From positions 1 to 24,829 of the forward strand of contig JBMOFD010000024.1 in NCBI GenBank assembly GCA_049314435.1: DNA of 24,829 bases, in the 5' to 3' direction. Both the position numbers and the translations under genes were made by a program. Each line of letters begins with the position of its first letter. Position 1 is the first letter of the stretch. Shown here piece by piece: positions 7,884 to 16,668 of the stretch. Source of the stretch: Chlamydiia bacterium (GTDB lineage Bacteria; Chlamydiota; Chlamydiia; Chlamydiales; JBMOFD01). The notes under the pieces were generated by a model, which saw only the letters and a list, made by a program, of their open reading frames with translations, made no database searches and was not told the origin of the DNA.

Positions 7884-8762
7884 TTACGCGTCCGGAGCCG
7901 TTACAAGCAGAGTAGTCTTGAAGTGAACCTTGGCCACTTGCATCAGGATCTCCTTCCCTCGAGCCTTCACCAGTTGTCGGGCGGCTTCTAGAACGGGAGC
8001 CCCTGCGCCTTTGGGCAAGGTCCACTGGGCCACCAACGAGCTCCGATGTATCCCTTCAAGGAACCCAGCGCGAGCTAGAATGGATGCTGCAGCAACCACA
8101 GGATCTGATTCTCCCTTCGTCTTCTGTTCTAGGCGAAGCGTCACACCTTGCTTCTTCAAGGCACTCTCTACAACCCAGGGAGCTGCAAATTGGTCGATAC
8201 GAGCCAACTGCACATGCTCCTCTTGCCACAACGCCTTGATCGCCTGAGCATGGCCCCAAGCCAGCATATGGTTGAGGTTGCCAAACTTGAGATAGAGCTC
8301 GTTGTATTTCGGGGGATCGATCACGACCAAACTATACCGCGCTATCTTGCGGATCTCCTGGGCGATCTTCATCACCTGTGGATCGGTGAGAGTCTTGGAA
8401 TCACGCACACCAGCACGGACCAGAGCCGCCAGTCGCTCTTCTCCGGCACTCACTCCAGCAATCACCAGAGGGCCAAAATAGTCGCCCTTGCCAGCCTCAT
8501 CCACTCCGATGCGCCAGACGGGATCGTGATCGACCACAGGGATCAGAGCCTGTAGAATCTCTGGCTCGAGAACCATCTCGATGAACTCATCGGTTCCCTT
8601 CCCCTGAATGACCAGCTTACCGCTGAAATAGAGCGTCAGGCTGACATCGCGTTTCTTCGCTGAGAAATGTGCGTGGGGGATTTCTTTGAGATCCCACCCA
8701 TCGTTTACCCACTCCTTCAGGCGCTCCACCTGTTCTGGAGTCAAGGTCATCGTTACTGACAT
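7884..8762 (-). CDS. rnhC: Ribonuclease HIII
   Basis: N-terminal TBP-like domain (LTLYFSGKLVIQGKG), IGVDEAGKGDYFGPL, GVRDSK, LAWGHA, IDQF, VAAASILAR, LPKGAG, AKVHFKT. Confidence 0.96.
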   Translation of the reverse strand: MSVTMTLTPEQVERLKEWVNDGWDLKEIPHAHFSAKKRDVSLTLYFSGKLVIQGKGTDEFIEMVLEPEILQALIPVVDHDPVWRIGVDEAGKGDYFGPLVIAGVSAGEERLAALVRAGVRDSKTLTDPQVMKIAQEIRKIARYSLVVIDPPKYNELYLKFGNLNHMLAWGHAQAIKALWQEEHVQLARIDQFAAPWVVESALKKQGVTLRLEQKTKGESDPVVAAASILARAGFLEGIHRSSLVAQWTLPKGAGAPVLEAARQLVKARGKEILMQVAKVHFKTTLLVTAPDA

Positions 8763-9020
8763 CTGCACTTCTCCGCATCACGACACCGATCATAGCGATC
8801 GCGGCGATAAAGCATGAGTCCTCTTGGCAGGACTGCGCTCATCCGAGCTGATCGGAAACTAACAAGGCAACCGCAAAGGCCAGGATTCCAACATCCATCC
8901 AAGACATCCAGAAAGGGACTCAACAAAAATTCAGCTGTGTCTGGCTCGCCGGAAATGGCAGGAGCGGGTACGCTGCGCGTGCTGCCACAACACATTAGCA
9001 CTGCTTAGCGGAGGTTATCT

Positions 9021-10079
9021 GTGCCACGTCTGATTCCCTTGTGCCTTGCTGTGACCGCCTCCGTCACTCTCCTTGCCGAGGAGACCGCCAAGCCTCAGCC
9101 CCACGGGATGGTCTCGCTGAACGGCCTGATCACCGGGTCTGCGAGCCTTGACCCAGAACATGACGAGCAACATCGTCTTCTCTGTTCAGGGTGTGATCCA
9201 GACACTGGTCTCCAGTTCGGGAATGCTAGCGTGGGTGTGGCCCTCTTCTATTGGGCAAATGACACGGAAGTGTTCCAGTTTAGCGTCGGTGGCAAAGCGA
9301 CCCGCTATCAGTGGGACGGCAACCCCTACTATGACCAGCACACCTTCCCTGAAGCCTGGATCCAAGTCGCCGCTCAAACGACCGCTTGGGAGAACTGGAC
9401 TTGGCGCTCCCTTGTCTCAGTGAATGCTTCCACCGATTCTGGGGACATTCCTCGTTACGCTTGGTTACAGGGTGTGCTTTGGGGCCGCTACGAGTGGAAC
9501 AACAAATTGGGAATCCACGTCGGAGCCCTCTCGCTGGCGGGCATGCGTTATGGTCGTGTCTTACCCATCCTCGGCTTCGAGCTAGAACTTCCCTGGCACT
9601 GGAACCTGCGCCTAATCTTCCCTCTGGAATATAGCTTGACCCAGCAGGTCAATGAGAAGTTCCGTTACGGCATCGCCGGTCGAACCTTCTTTGGACGCAA
9701 TAGCTTCACGTCGAATTGTATGCCCTGCTTCTGCGTGACCTGCTGCGCTGAAGATCCCTGCCCCAGCCGCTGTGATGGCACAGCATATTGCTGTGATAGC
9801 GACGTCGATTGCTGTTCTGGCAACAGCTGCAACACCTGTGAACCATGTGTCCCCGTTGAACAATCCTACAACCTAACCCGTGGATACATCGAGTACACGA
9901 ATTTCGGCTTGGAAGCGATGATGAACTGGTGGCCTTTCTTCTTTACGGAACTGACCGCAGCAGTTGGCTGCACAACCACGGCCACCCTGAAACTCACGGA
10001 TAGTCGCGATGAACTCCCGATCTATCGCTACTTTAACCCGACCGCCTATGCCCAGATTGCGCTGAACGTCTACTTCTAA
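9021..10079 (+). CDS. Predicted outer-membrane beta-barrel protein with cysteine-rich loop insertion
   Basis: GGAGG RBS then GTG; signal peptide MPRLIPLCLAVTASVTLLA; alternating aromatic/hydrophobic strands (LWGRYEW, LPILGFELEL, WNLRLIFP); C-terminal BAM-type signal ending in Phe (AQIALNVYF). Confidence 0.8.
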   Translation: MPRLIPLCLAVTASVTLLAEETAKPQPHGMVSLNGLITGSASLDPEHDEQHRLLCSGCDPDTGLQFGNASVGVALFYWANDTEVFQFSVGGKATRYQWDGNPYYDQHTFPEAWIQVAAQTTAWENWTWRSLVSVNASTDSGDIPRYAWLQGVLWGRYEWNNKLGIHVGALSLAGMRYGRVLPILGFELELPWHWNLRLIFPLEYSLTQQVNEKFRYGIAGRTFFGRNSFTSNCMPCFCVTCCAEDPCPSRCDGTAYCCDSDVDCCSGNSCNTCEPCVPVEQSYNLTRGYIEYTNFGLEAMMNWWPFFFTELTAAVGCTTTATLKLTDSRDELPIYRYFNPTAYAQIALNVYF

Positions 10080-10254
10080 AGGACTGCTCCAATAGGGACT
10101 CTTGACCAGGTCTCCTAATAGGGGGTCTGGGAGACGCTACTCCCTCAGCGGGGGCGGGGGCGGAGCCCAGCAGTTAACCTCTAACGGCGATGCGATCTAC
10201 ACTTGCAGAGACAGGCTTAACGCGGTATCACGAAAGTCAACCTGAGGATTCTCG

Positions 10255-13200
10255 ATGGCCGTACGACCTTGGATCAAGGGCATTGTCCTCTCTTGCATTG
10301 CGGTGCTGGGATGTTCTGTGCTGGTGAGTGTTCTTATAGGACTGGGTGGACCATGGTTTCTCTCCACCAACATGGGACGTGACTGGCTAGTCGGTTGGAT
10401 CAATGGACGAATCCCTGGCACCGTAGAACTACGCAAGCTACGCCTCAGCTGGTCTGGGCCGTGTGAAGTCCAAGGCCTAGTCATCAGGGATGCTCAGAAC
10501 CAAGAGATCGTCAACGTTGACCGGATGAAGCTGGGAGACGGGCTTCTTGGACGCCTACAACACCGCCCACTGACTCAGGCCTCCCTAACGGGTGGCGTCC
10601 TCCACTTGGATCTCGATCGTCGTGGCATCAGCAATCTCGAGCGCGCTTTGGGGCTCGTCGACCCTATCGAGTGCCGCTCTCCGAGAGCGAATCGGGGGCA
10701 GCACCCCTTCGACATCGACCATTTAGAGTTCGACCTACGCTCGCGAGGCGGAATCCCGGAACTCATTTCCTCCGCCCTCTGCCATCATGCTGGTGTCGAG
10801 GGTGGCTGGCGGATCAATGCTCGCTTCATCGAAGAGGGCCCTTTCCCGTCCGATTTTGACATCGAGGCGAACAAGATCCCCGGCGAGCTCCTAGAGATCT
10901 GCTCCAATGTATGGAAGCCATCCCTGCGTGGGATTCCCACACTGATCTTAGGCGATACCATCGACATCACAGGCACAGGTCGCTATCAGGAGGTCCTGCA
11001 AGGACAACTCACCGTAAGCACCCCTCTGCTCAACGGAACATGGGTACTGTCAGGCCCCATCCATCACCCGCGTTTGGCACTGACTCATGCTGCTACCTGG
11101 TCTTTAGACCCGCTCTCCTGCACGCAACTTCTTCGCCGTTCCTTCAGCACAACGACCCTACAGCCCAAAACGGCCTGTCTGCTGCACATCACCGAAGCCT
11201 CTTATGAGCTTGGTAGTCATGGGCAGTTCCACTGTGAGTTAACGGCCCCCTTTGAGCTAAGCTCAGGGGAGCACACACTCTCTCTACAACAATTTGAGTG
11301 TGAGTCCTTGGCCATGGACTCACAGCTCTCTTTGTCGCTCTCCCTTGAGGGCATCAGCGAGCTGGCTCCGCTGCAGGCGGGACTGCACGTTCAATCAGTC
11401 CCACGCCGAGGCCGACTCAGTGCCACGGGCGTTCCGATGTGGCTGCTTCGTTCGCTAGCCCCTCAGCGTGCAGCCGCTACAGCGTGGTTGGGTGATACTC
11501 TCGCCCTAGACGGCTCCTACTCACCAGAGGCCGAGCACATTTGGGACCTCCGCGCCACCTTCGACGGAACCCAACCCTCGATTCCCGGGTTGCCCCTAGT
11601 CATGGAATTGAAGGGTTCTCCACGGCATTCCGGCACGCACTGGGAGGCTCGCGCATCCTCTCCGCGTATGGATCTTCAATCCGAGGGATCTTTCCAATGG
11701 GGTAGAACCCTCGAGGCTCATCGGACCCAAATGGTGGCCCAGATCAACCAGGATCTTCTCCGGGCTGTCGGGTTTCAGCCCCCTAAGGTCCTGGGCTTGC
11801 AGACCGTGCCTCTTCAGGCCGACATCAACCCCGTGACCTTGGACCTCTGCAACGGCGTTCTTGGGGACCTTCAGCTCTCCTTTGATGCGGCGCCCTGTCG
11901 TCTTGAACTCCCCGAACAGTCTCTCCTCATTGACGATCTACATGGGAAGGGTCGTTGGTCACCCTCTCAGGGCAGTGCCTCCTTGCAGCTCCACGCTTCC
12001 CTCGTCACTCAAGGGCAGAAGCCGGCACCTCTTGGCATCTCGGGGACGATCCAAGATCTGCATGGACGCCCCAGCTACGAAGCGCGCATCGACTGCCCAG
12101 CTCTGCCGGTGAAGGCAGCGAATGCCCTCTTCCAACCGCTGGAGGGGGTGGAGACGATATTGGGCCCAACCTTGGCGATCCAAGGTGAGTTGACTGCCCA
12201 GCAAGGCGGCCTCCAGGGAGCTGTTGATCTGCAAGTGCAAGCTCCTGGCTTAGAGGGACACATCCCACTGAGCTGGGGCAATCAATGGGAGCTCACCAAC
12301 GGGAAAGAAGCCAACATCACGCTCAGGCTGACTCCCCAATCGGTCTCTACCCTGCGCCGCTGGATCCCGCTTCCGGAACGTCTACAACTCGACTCCTTGC
12401 TCCAAGCCAAGTTCACATGCACCACACTCAAGTGGCCTCGAGAAGGTTCCGGGGCACCAGAAGTACAGGCGCAACTTACCCTTGCACCCTTTAGTGTGAG
12501 CCGCTCTGACCATCCAGGTCGACTTGCAGTCCGAGAAGGAACTTGGGTCCTCCAGCGCATCGGAGCCGATGGCCCTCTTAGCACAACCGGAAAACTGCAC
12601 GTCCAGCTAGGCTCCCTGGATGGAACTGCTTCTGTCAATGCGACGGGTCGGCCTCACGATCTGTGGCACACCCTGATTCTTGAGGGTCGTCTGGATCATT
12701 TTCCTGTAGCCGCTCTGACGATGTTTTTGTCAGAGAACAGCGAGCTGCTGGCCGACGTCTGCGGTGAACAGGCCGATGCCCTATTCCAGTTGGAGCCCCT
12801 CGCCAATGCTGATGCCCTGGCCTGGGCTCTCACAGTGGATTCCCCCTACCTCCAGTCAGCAGCCTCAGGATCTTGTATGGCGGACGGCCAGTTCCGTCTG
12901 AGCAAACCCTGGCTCACGACCTGGACCATCTCTCCAGAAATCTCCGACCTGCATGCCAAAAAATTCTCCAACTTGATCAAGAGCTTCCCACCTAACCAGA
13001 TGGTGGCCTCGTGGATCCATCCACAAGGATTTTACGGCCGCTGGAAGCCCCCCTATATGCATAGCGTCGTCATACCTAAAGGCATGCTCGACCTGGGTCA
13101 GATCCAACTCACCTCCACTGAGCTCGTCCGTGGGATGTTGGACTTCCTGAAGGCTCAGAAGACATCTAAAACAATGGAACTCTGGGCAACTCCGCTCTAT

Positions 13201-13683
13201 TTCTCGATCGACGATGGCTCGTTGACCCTGCAACGGGTCGATGCACGTATCGATCGCTCGACCGAGATCTGCCTCTGGGGGGGGCTCAACTTGGATTTAG
13301 GAGCTCTATCGATGCAGATCGGATTTCCGGCAGGGGCACTAGCCGCGCTCGCCCTGGCCACTTTACCGGAAGGAGGCCTCATGACCGTAGGTCTGCAAGG
13401 TACCTTAGCCGATCCCAAGGTAGACTGGTCTGCGGCAGCAGCCAAGTTGGCTATCGCAGGGGCCTCCAAGTTTAGTTTGGGTGGCATGCTGCTGAGCACC
13501 GCCATTGACACCATGGTCTCAGGGTCGATACCTTCTCCCACTACCACGCCCTTCCCATGGACCGTGCCCAACCCCTCTTCACCAAAGGCGGAGATCTCGA
13601 AGCAGCTTAAGGCACTTTTGAAGGAGGCTCACGTCTCGTTCGATCACAAGGAAAGTTTGGCTAGTTCGGCCTCTTCTCTATAG
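10255..13683 (+). CDS. Large AsmA-like / repeating beta-groove envelope protein (1142 aa)
   Basis: N-terminal TM anchor followed by a chorein-N-like segment (INGRIPGTVELRKLRLSWSGP..VQGLVIRD); beta-rich body; AsmA-type C-terminus (FSIDDGSLTL...GLQGTLADPKVDW plus amphipathic helices). Confidence 0.65.
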   Translation: MAVRPWIKGIVLSCIAVLGCSVLVSVLIGLGGPWFLSTNMGRDWLVGWINGRIPGTVELRKLRLSWSGPCEVQGLVIRDAQNQEIVNVDRMKLGDGLLGRLQHRPLTQASLTGGVLHLDLDRRGISNLERALGLVDPIECRSPRANRGQHPFDIDHLEFDLRSRGGIPELISSALCHHAGVEGGWRINARFIEEGPFPSDFDIEANKIPGELLEICSNVWKPSLRGIPTLILGDTIDITGTGRYQEVLQGQLTVSTPLLNGTWVLSGPIHHPRLALTHAATWSLDPLSCTQLLRRSFSTTTLQPKTACLLHITEASYELGSHGQFHCELTAPFELSSGEHTLSLQQFECESLAMDSQLSLSLSLEGISELAPLQAGLHVQSVPRRGRLSATGVPMWLLRSLAPQRAAATAWLGDTLALDGSYSPEAEHIWDLRATFDGTQPSIPGLPLVMELKGSPRHSGTHWEARASSPRMDLQSEGSFQWGRTLEAHRTQMVAQINQDLLRAVGFQPPKVLGLQTVPLQADINPVTLDLCNGVLGDLQLSFDAAPCRLELPEQSLLIDDLHGKGRWSPSQGSASLQLHASLVTQGQKPAPLGISGTIQDLHGRPSYEARIDCPALPVKAANALFQPLEGVETILGPTLAIQGELTAQQGGLQGAVDLQVQAPGLEGHIPLSWGNQWELTNGKEANITLRLTPQSVSTLRRWIPLPERLQLDSLLQAKFTCTTLKWPREGSGAPEVQAQLTLAPFSVSRSDHPGRLAVREGTWVLQRIGADGPLSTTGKLHVQLGSLDGTASVNATGRPHDLWHTLILEGRLDHFPVAALTMFLSENSELLADVCGEQADALFQLEPLANADALAWALTVDSPYLQSAASGSCMADGQFRLSKPWLTTWTISPEISDLHAKKFSNLIKSFPPNQMVASWIHPQGFYGRWKPPYMHSVVIPKGMLDLGQIQLTSTELVRGMLDFLKAQKTSKTMELWATPLYFSIDDGSLTLQRVDARIDRSTEICLWGGLNLDLGALSMQIGFPAGALAALALATLPEGGLMTVGLQGTLADPKVDWSAAAAKLAIAGASKFSLGGMLLSTAIDTMVSGSIPSPTTTPFPWTVPNPSSPKAEISKQLKALLKEAHVSFDHKESLASSASSL

Positions 13684-13734
13684 AGGATCATTCCGACCGC
13701 ACAATAGGACTTGAGGCGACTCCTAAATTGATGT

Positions 13735-14994
13735 ATGCGTATTGCAGACCAATTGGTGGCTATGTCTGGAATTTGTGCCCTTCTTAACCGATCTGTGAGC
13801 CCTATCCTGCTGGGAGGCCTCGTGTCAGCCAGCTGGCTACAAGCCGATCTGGCGACCACGCTCACGGGATACTTCCCTGGATTCTCCCCAGAAGTGGTGG
13901 TAAAAGAACGCTTCCACCAAGCCGGCGTGCCGATCGATGGCAGACAACCCGACTGCCCTCAGGTCCACAACGACGCCTTTTATGGTCGTCTTGTACGAGA
14001 GGGGTCCATGGGGCTCGGCGAGTCCTATATGGATGGATGGTGGGATGCAACGGCTGTTGATGGCCTCATCTTCCGGCTTCTCCGCACCCACCTCGATGAA
14101 GAGGCCACTTGGACCGCACCTCAGGCCCTCACCTGGCTCTATGCCCATCTCTTCAATCCACAGACGCGGGATGGCAGTCATAAGGTGATCGACCTGCACT
14201 ACCAACTGGGCAGCGACCTCTTCCAGAGGATGCTCGATCCGACTATGACCTATAGCTGCGGCTACTGGAAGGACGCTAAGAACCTCCACGAAGCACAGCT
14301 CGCCAAATACGACCTGATCGCCCGCAAACTGGATCTCAAGCCTGGCATGCATGTCCTAGACATCGGATGTGGCTGGGGCGGATTTTCTAAACACATTGCC
14401 TCCAAATACGGGGCCACCGTCGTAGGGATTACGCTCTCCGAGGACCAAGCCCAGATAGCACGCCAGCGCTGCAAGGGGCTGCCCGTAGAGATCCGCCTGA
14501 TGGACTACCGTGATGTGAACAGCCAGTTCGACCGCGTGGTCGAGATCGGGATGTTTGAGCATGTGGGTCCCAAGAACTATCGCATCTTCATGGAGACCGT
14601 CCACAGGAACCTGAAAGAGGGGGGCCTCTTCATGCTCCACACCATCGGTGGCAACCAAAGCACCCCAGGTGGAGATGCTTGGATCGATCGCTATATCTTC
14701 CCAGGTGGTCACCTCCCCTCCATCGTCCAAATCGGCAAGTCAATTGAAGGGCTCTTTGTGATGGAAGACTGGCACAACTTCGGGACCGACTACGACAAGA
14801 CGCTCATGGCATGGCATCAGAACTTCAATGCCCACTGGCCCGAGATCCAAGCCTCCTATCCTGATCCCTTCTTCCGCATGTGGAACTACTACCTACTCAG
14901 CTGCGCTGGAGCCTTCCGGGCACGAGCAATCCAGCTCTGGCAGGTCGTTCTCTCTAAAGGTGGGGTCTTGGGCGGTTACGAATCGGTGCGATAG
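13735..14994 (+). CDS. cfa: Cyclopropane-fatty-acyl-phospholipid synthase
   Basis: GSMGLGESYMDGWW, HYQLG, MTYSCGYW, VLDIGCGWGG, GMFEHVG, WIDRYIFPGG, EDWHNFG, FFRMWNYYL..CAGAF. Start uncertain (13735, 13762 or 13822). Confidence 0.95.
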   Translation: MRIADQLVAMSGICALLNRSVSPILLGGLVSASWLQADLATTLTGYFPGFSPEVVVKERFHQAGVPIDGRQPDCPQVHNDAFYGRLVREGSMGLGESYMDGWWDATAVDGLIFRLLRTHLDEEATWTAPQALTWLYAHLFNPQTRDGSHKVIDLHYQLGSDLFQRMLDPTMTYSCGYWKDAKNLHEAQLAKYDLIARKLDLKPGMHVLDIGCGWGGFSKHIASKYGATVVGITLSEDQAQIARQRCKGLPVEIRLMDYRDVNSQFDRVVEIGMFEHVGPKNYRIFMETVHRNLKEGGLFMLHTIGGNQSTPGGDAWIDRYIFPGGHLPSIVQIGKSIEGLFVMEDWHNFGTDYDKTLMAWHQNFNAHWPEIQASYPDPFFRMWNYYLLSCAGAFRARAIQLWQVVLSKGGVLGGYESVR

Positions 14995-14997
14995 ACA

Positions 14998-15056
14998 ACC
15001 GCTCCACCATGGGAAGCGGTCCCAACGATCTACAGATGGTCATCTGTAGATCGTTG
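14998..15056. terminator. Tandem hairpins between convergent genes (probable bidirectional terminator/stabiliser)
   Basis: ACCGCT..AGCGGT (14998-15020) followed by perfect 16-bp inverted repeat CAACGATCTACAGATG-GT-CATCTGTAGATCGTTG (15023-15056). Confidence 0.6.
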
Positions 15057-15080
15057 AGAGAATGACTTGGCCATGACAGA

Positions 15081-16508
15081 CTACTGCGGATCAGTGCTAA
15101 GAGTCACATACACCCTCTTGGCCTCAGCGGGGCCCTCCTGCCACAAGAGCATCACACCTCCATCCACACCTCCGATGAGCTGCGGGCTGCTTGCCGAAGC
15201 CTCTCCGGAGGAGATCCGCGAAGGCAGTGACCATTGGTCCTGTGTGTCCTTGCCCGCTACAAAGATAGCCTCATGGGAAACTTGCGTTAAGCTGCCATCC
15301 ATCCAAGCCACTGTGACACGACCTTCGCGATCCATCGCCATGGATGGCCCGACCTCGTTGATCCCGAATTCCGGCGACCGTTCACTCAAAAGCTCGCCAC
15401 TCAGCGTATGAATGGGCTTCCACGCCCCCCCAACAGGCCGACTCCTGGTCTGGATGTAGAAATTAGTCTGGAAAAACCCACGTCCGACGCTACCAACATG
15501 TAACCAAACAGCTGTCACGTTCCCGCGGGGATCAACCGAGACGTGCTGCCTGAGCTCCACGCCTGGCCCCTCGCTCTGCCTCAACAACTGTTCAGGGAGA
15601 GCCCACACCCCACTGGGATCTCTAAGAGCTGCCCAAAGATAGCCCTCACGACATGACCAGGTGACCGCCGCATGCCCCCCTTCACCGATACTCACTTCAG
15701 GTCGTTTCCCAGATACGTGGGTATTCCATAGCCACCCCGGAATACAAGAGATCTCAGCTGGCAAGGCCCAGCCAGCCCCTTGGTTGCCGGAGACAAAGAC
15801 AGGCGAGCTAGATAGATTAGCACTAAAGGAGGGCCAGGCGGCCAGTACTTCGCCGCTTTCATTCATGGCGATACTTTTGGCGATGGCGCGGTGAGGAGGA
15901 CCGACCTTCGTAAAATCCCAGTCTTGGACGGAAATAGTCGTCGGAGACCCCCATGCATTGGATCCACCCTCTTGCATGACCACCTGGACCAAATTGCGGC
16001 TGTCGGGCATAGGCAGATCATTGCAAGCAGTCCACAGAACAACCGCCTTCCCAGACGCATTGGCTGCCAAAAATGGTACAATGGCCGTCCACCGCATATC
16101 ATGAAGCGCTTGGGACAGGCACTGCGGTGCGGACCAGTTTTCTCCCGGCGACTTCGCAGCGGCATACACAGCTCGGTAGTCTCCACGATGCCCTGCCCAG
16201 ACCAAACGGTATGAACCTGTGCTATCTATGGAGAGTTCTGGGTGAGGAAGGTTCTTTTGGTCCAGCCGACCCAGATGCGTGATCTGCTCAGGTTCGGACC
16301 AGCAATGGTCGGGGCCCATTTCAGCAACCTGGAGGCTGTAACCCAAGTCATCATGCTGCAACCAGGCCACGACAGCCCGTCCAAACCCAAGAGCTCCGTT
16401 CACCTGCGCAATCCCAGGCGCCGAGAGCACCTGCGGCGTAGACCACGTTGGATCTGCCACCAATGTGGTCAACAGGAGGGAACTCAAAAACATGCTACGC
16501 AACATCAT
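15081..16508 (-). CDS. Secreted beta-propeller repeat protein (475 aa)
   Basis: Signal peptide MMLRSMFLSSLLLTTLVA|D; eight W-x2-P-x2-(I/L)S-type repeats, mostly paired with P-x5-6-G-x3-(A/V)-x-W strands; AGGT RBS. Confidence 0.75.
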   Translation of the reverse strand: MMLRSMFLSSLLLTTLVADPTWSTPQVLSAPGIAQVNGALGFGRAVVAWLQHDDLGYSLQVAEMGPDHCWSEPEQITHLGRLDQKNLPHPELSIDSTGSYRLVWAGHRGDYRAVYAAAKSPGENWSAPQCLSQALHDMRWTAIVPFLAANASGKAVVLWTACNDLPMPDSRNLVQVVMQEGGSNAWGSPTTISVQDWDFTKVGPPHRAIAKSIAMNESGEVLAAWPSFSANLSSSPVFVSGNQGAGWALPAEISCIPGWLWNTHVSGKRPEVSIGEGGHAAVTWSCREGYLWAALRDPSGVWALPEQLLRQSEGPGVELRQHVSVDPRGNVTAVWLHVGSVGRGFFQTNFYIQTRSRPVGGAWKPIHTLSGELLSERSPEFGINEVGPSMAMDREGRVTVAWMDGSLTQVSHEAIFVAGKDTQDQWSLPSRISSGEASASSPQLIGGVDGGVMLLWQEGPAEAKRVYVTLSTDPQ

Positions 16509-16590
16509 GCACCTAAGGAATGGGGACGGTGAGCGAGTCTAAGAGGATTCAGGACAAGAAATCTATACGACCACTCTGCAACGCTCCTGC

Positions 16591-16631
16591 AAAACAAAAA
16601 GGTCCTGAACGGGCATGCCGATCAGGACCTT
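16591..16631 (-). terminator. Rho-independent terminator of the oxidase-methyltransferase operon
   Basis: AAGGTCCTGA/TCAGGACCTT stem extended by CGG/CCG, followed on the minus strand by a T-rich tract (TTTGTTTT); starts 37 nt after the 666-aa stop. Confidence 0.8.
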
Positions 16632-16668
16632 CAGTGCTAGACACTATCCCAACAACTACACCCTCGAC

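Noticed and set aside
8769..9020. Divergent intergenic region with short ORFs (82, 64 aa) and small hairpins; considered a c-di-GMP riboswitch or ncRNA
   Set aside because: Motifs do not match the consensus; ORFs lack coding features; explained as divergent promoters.
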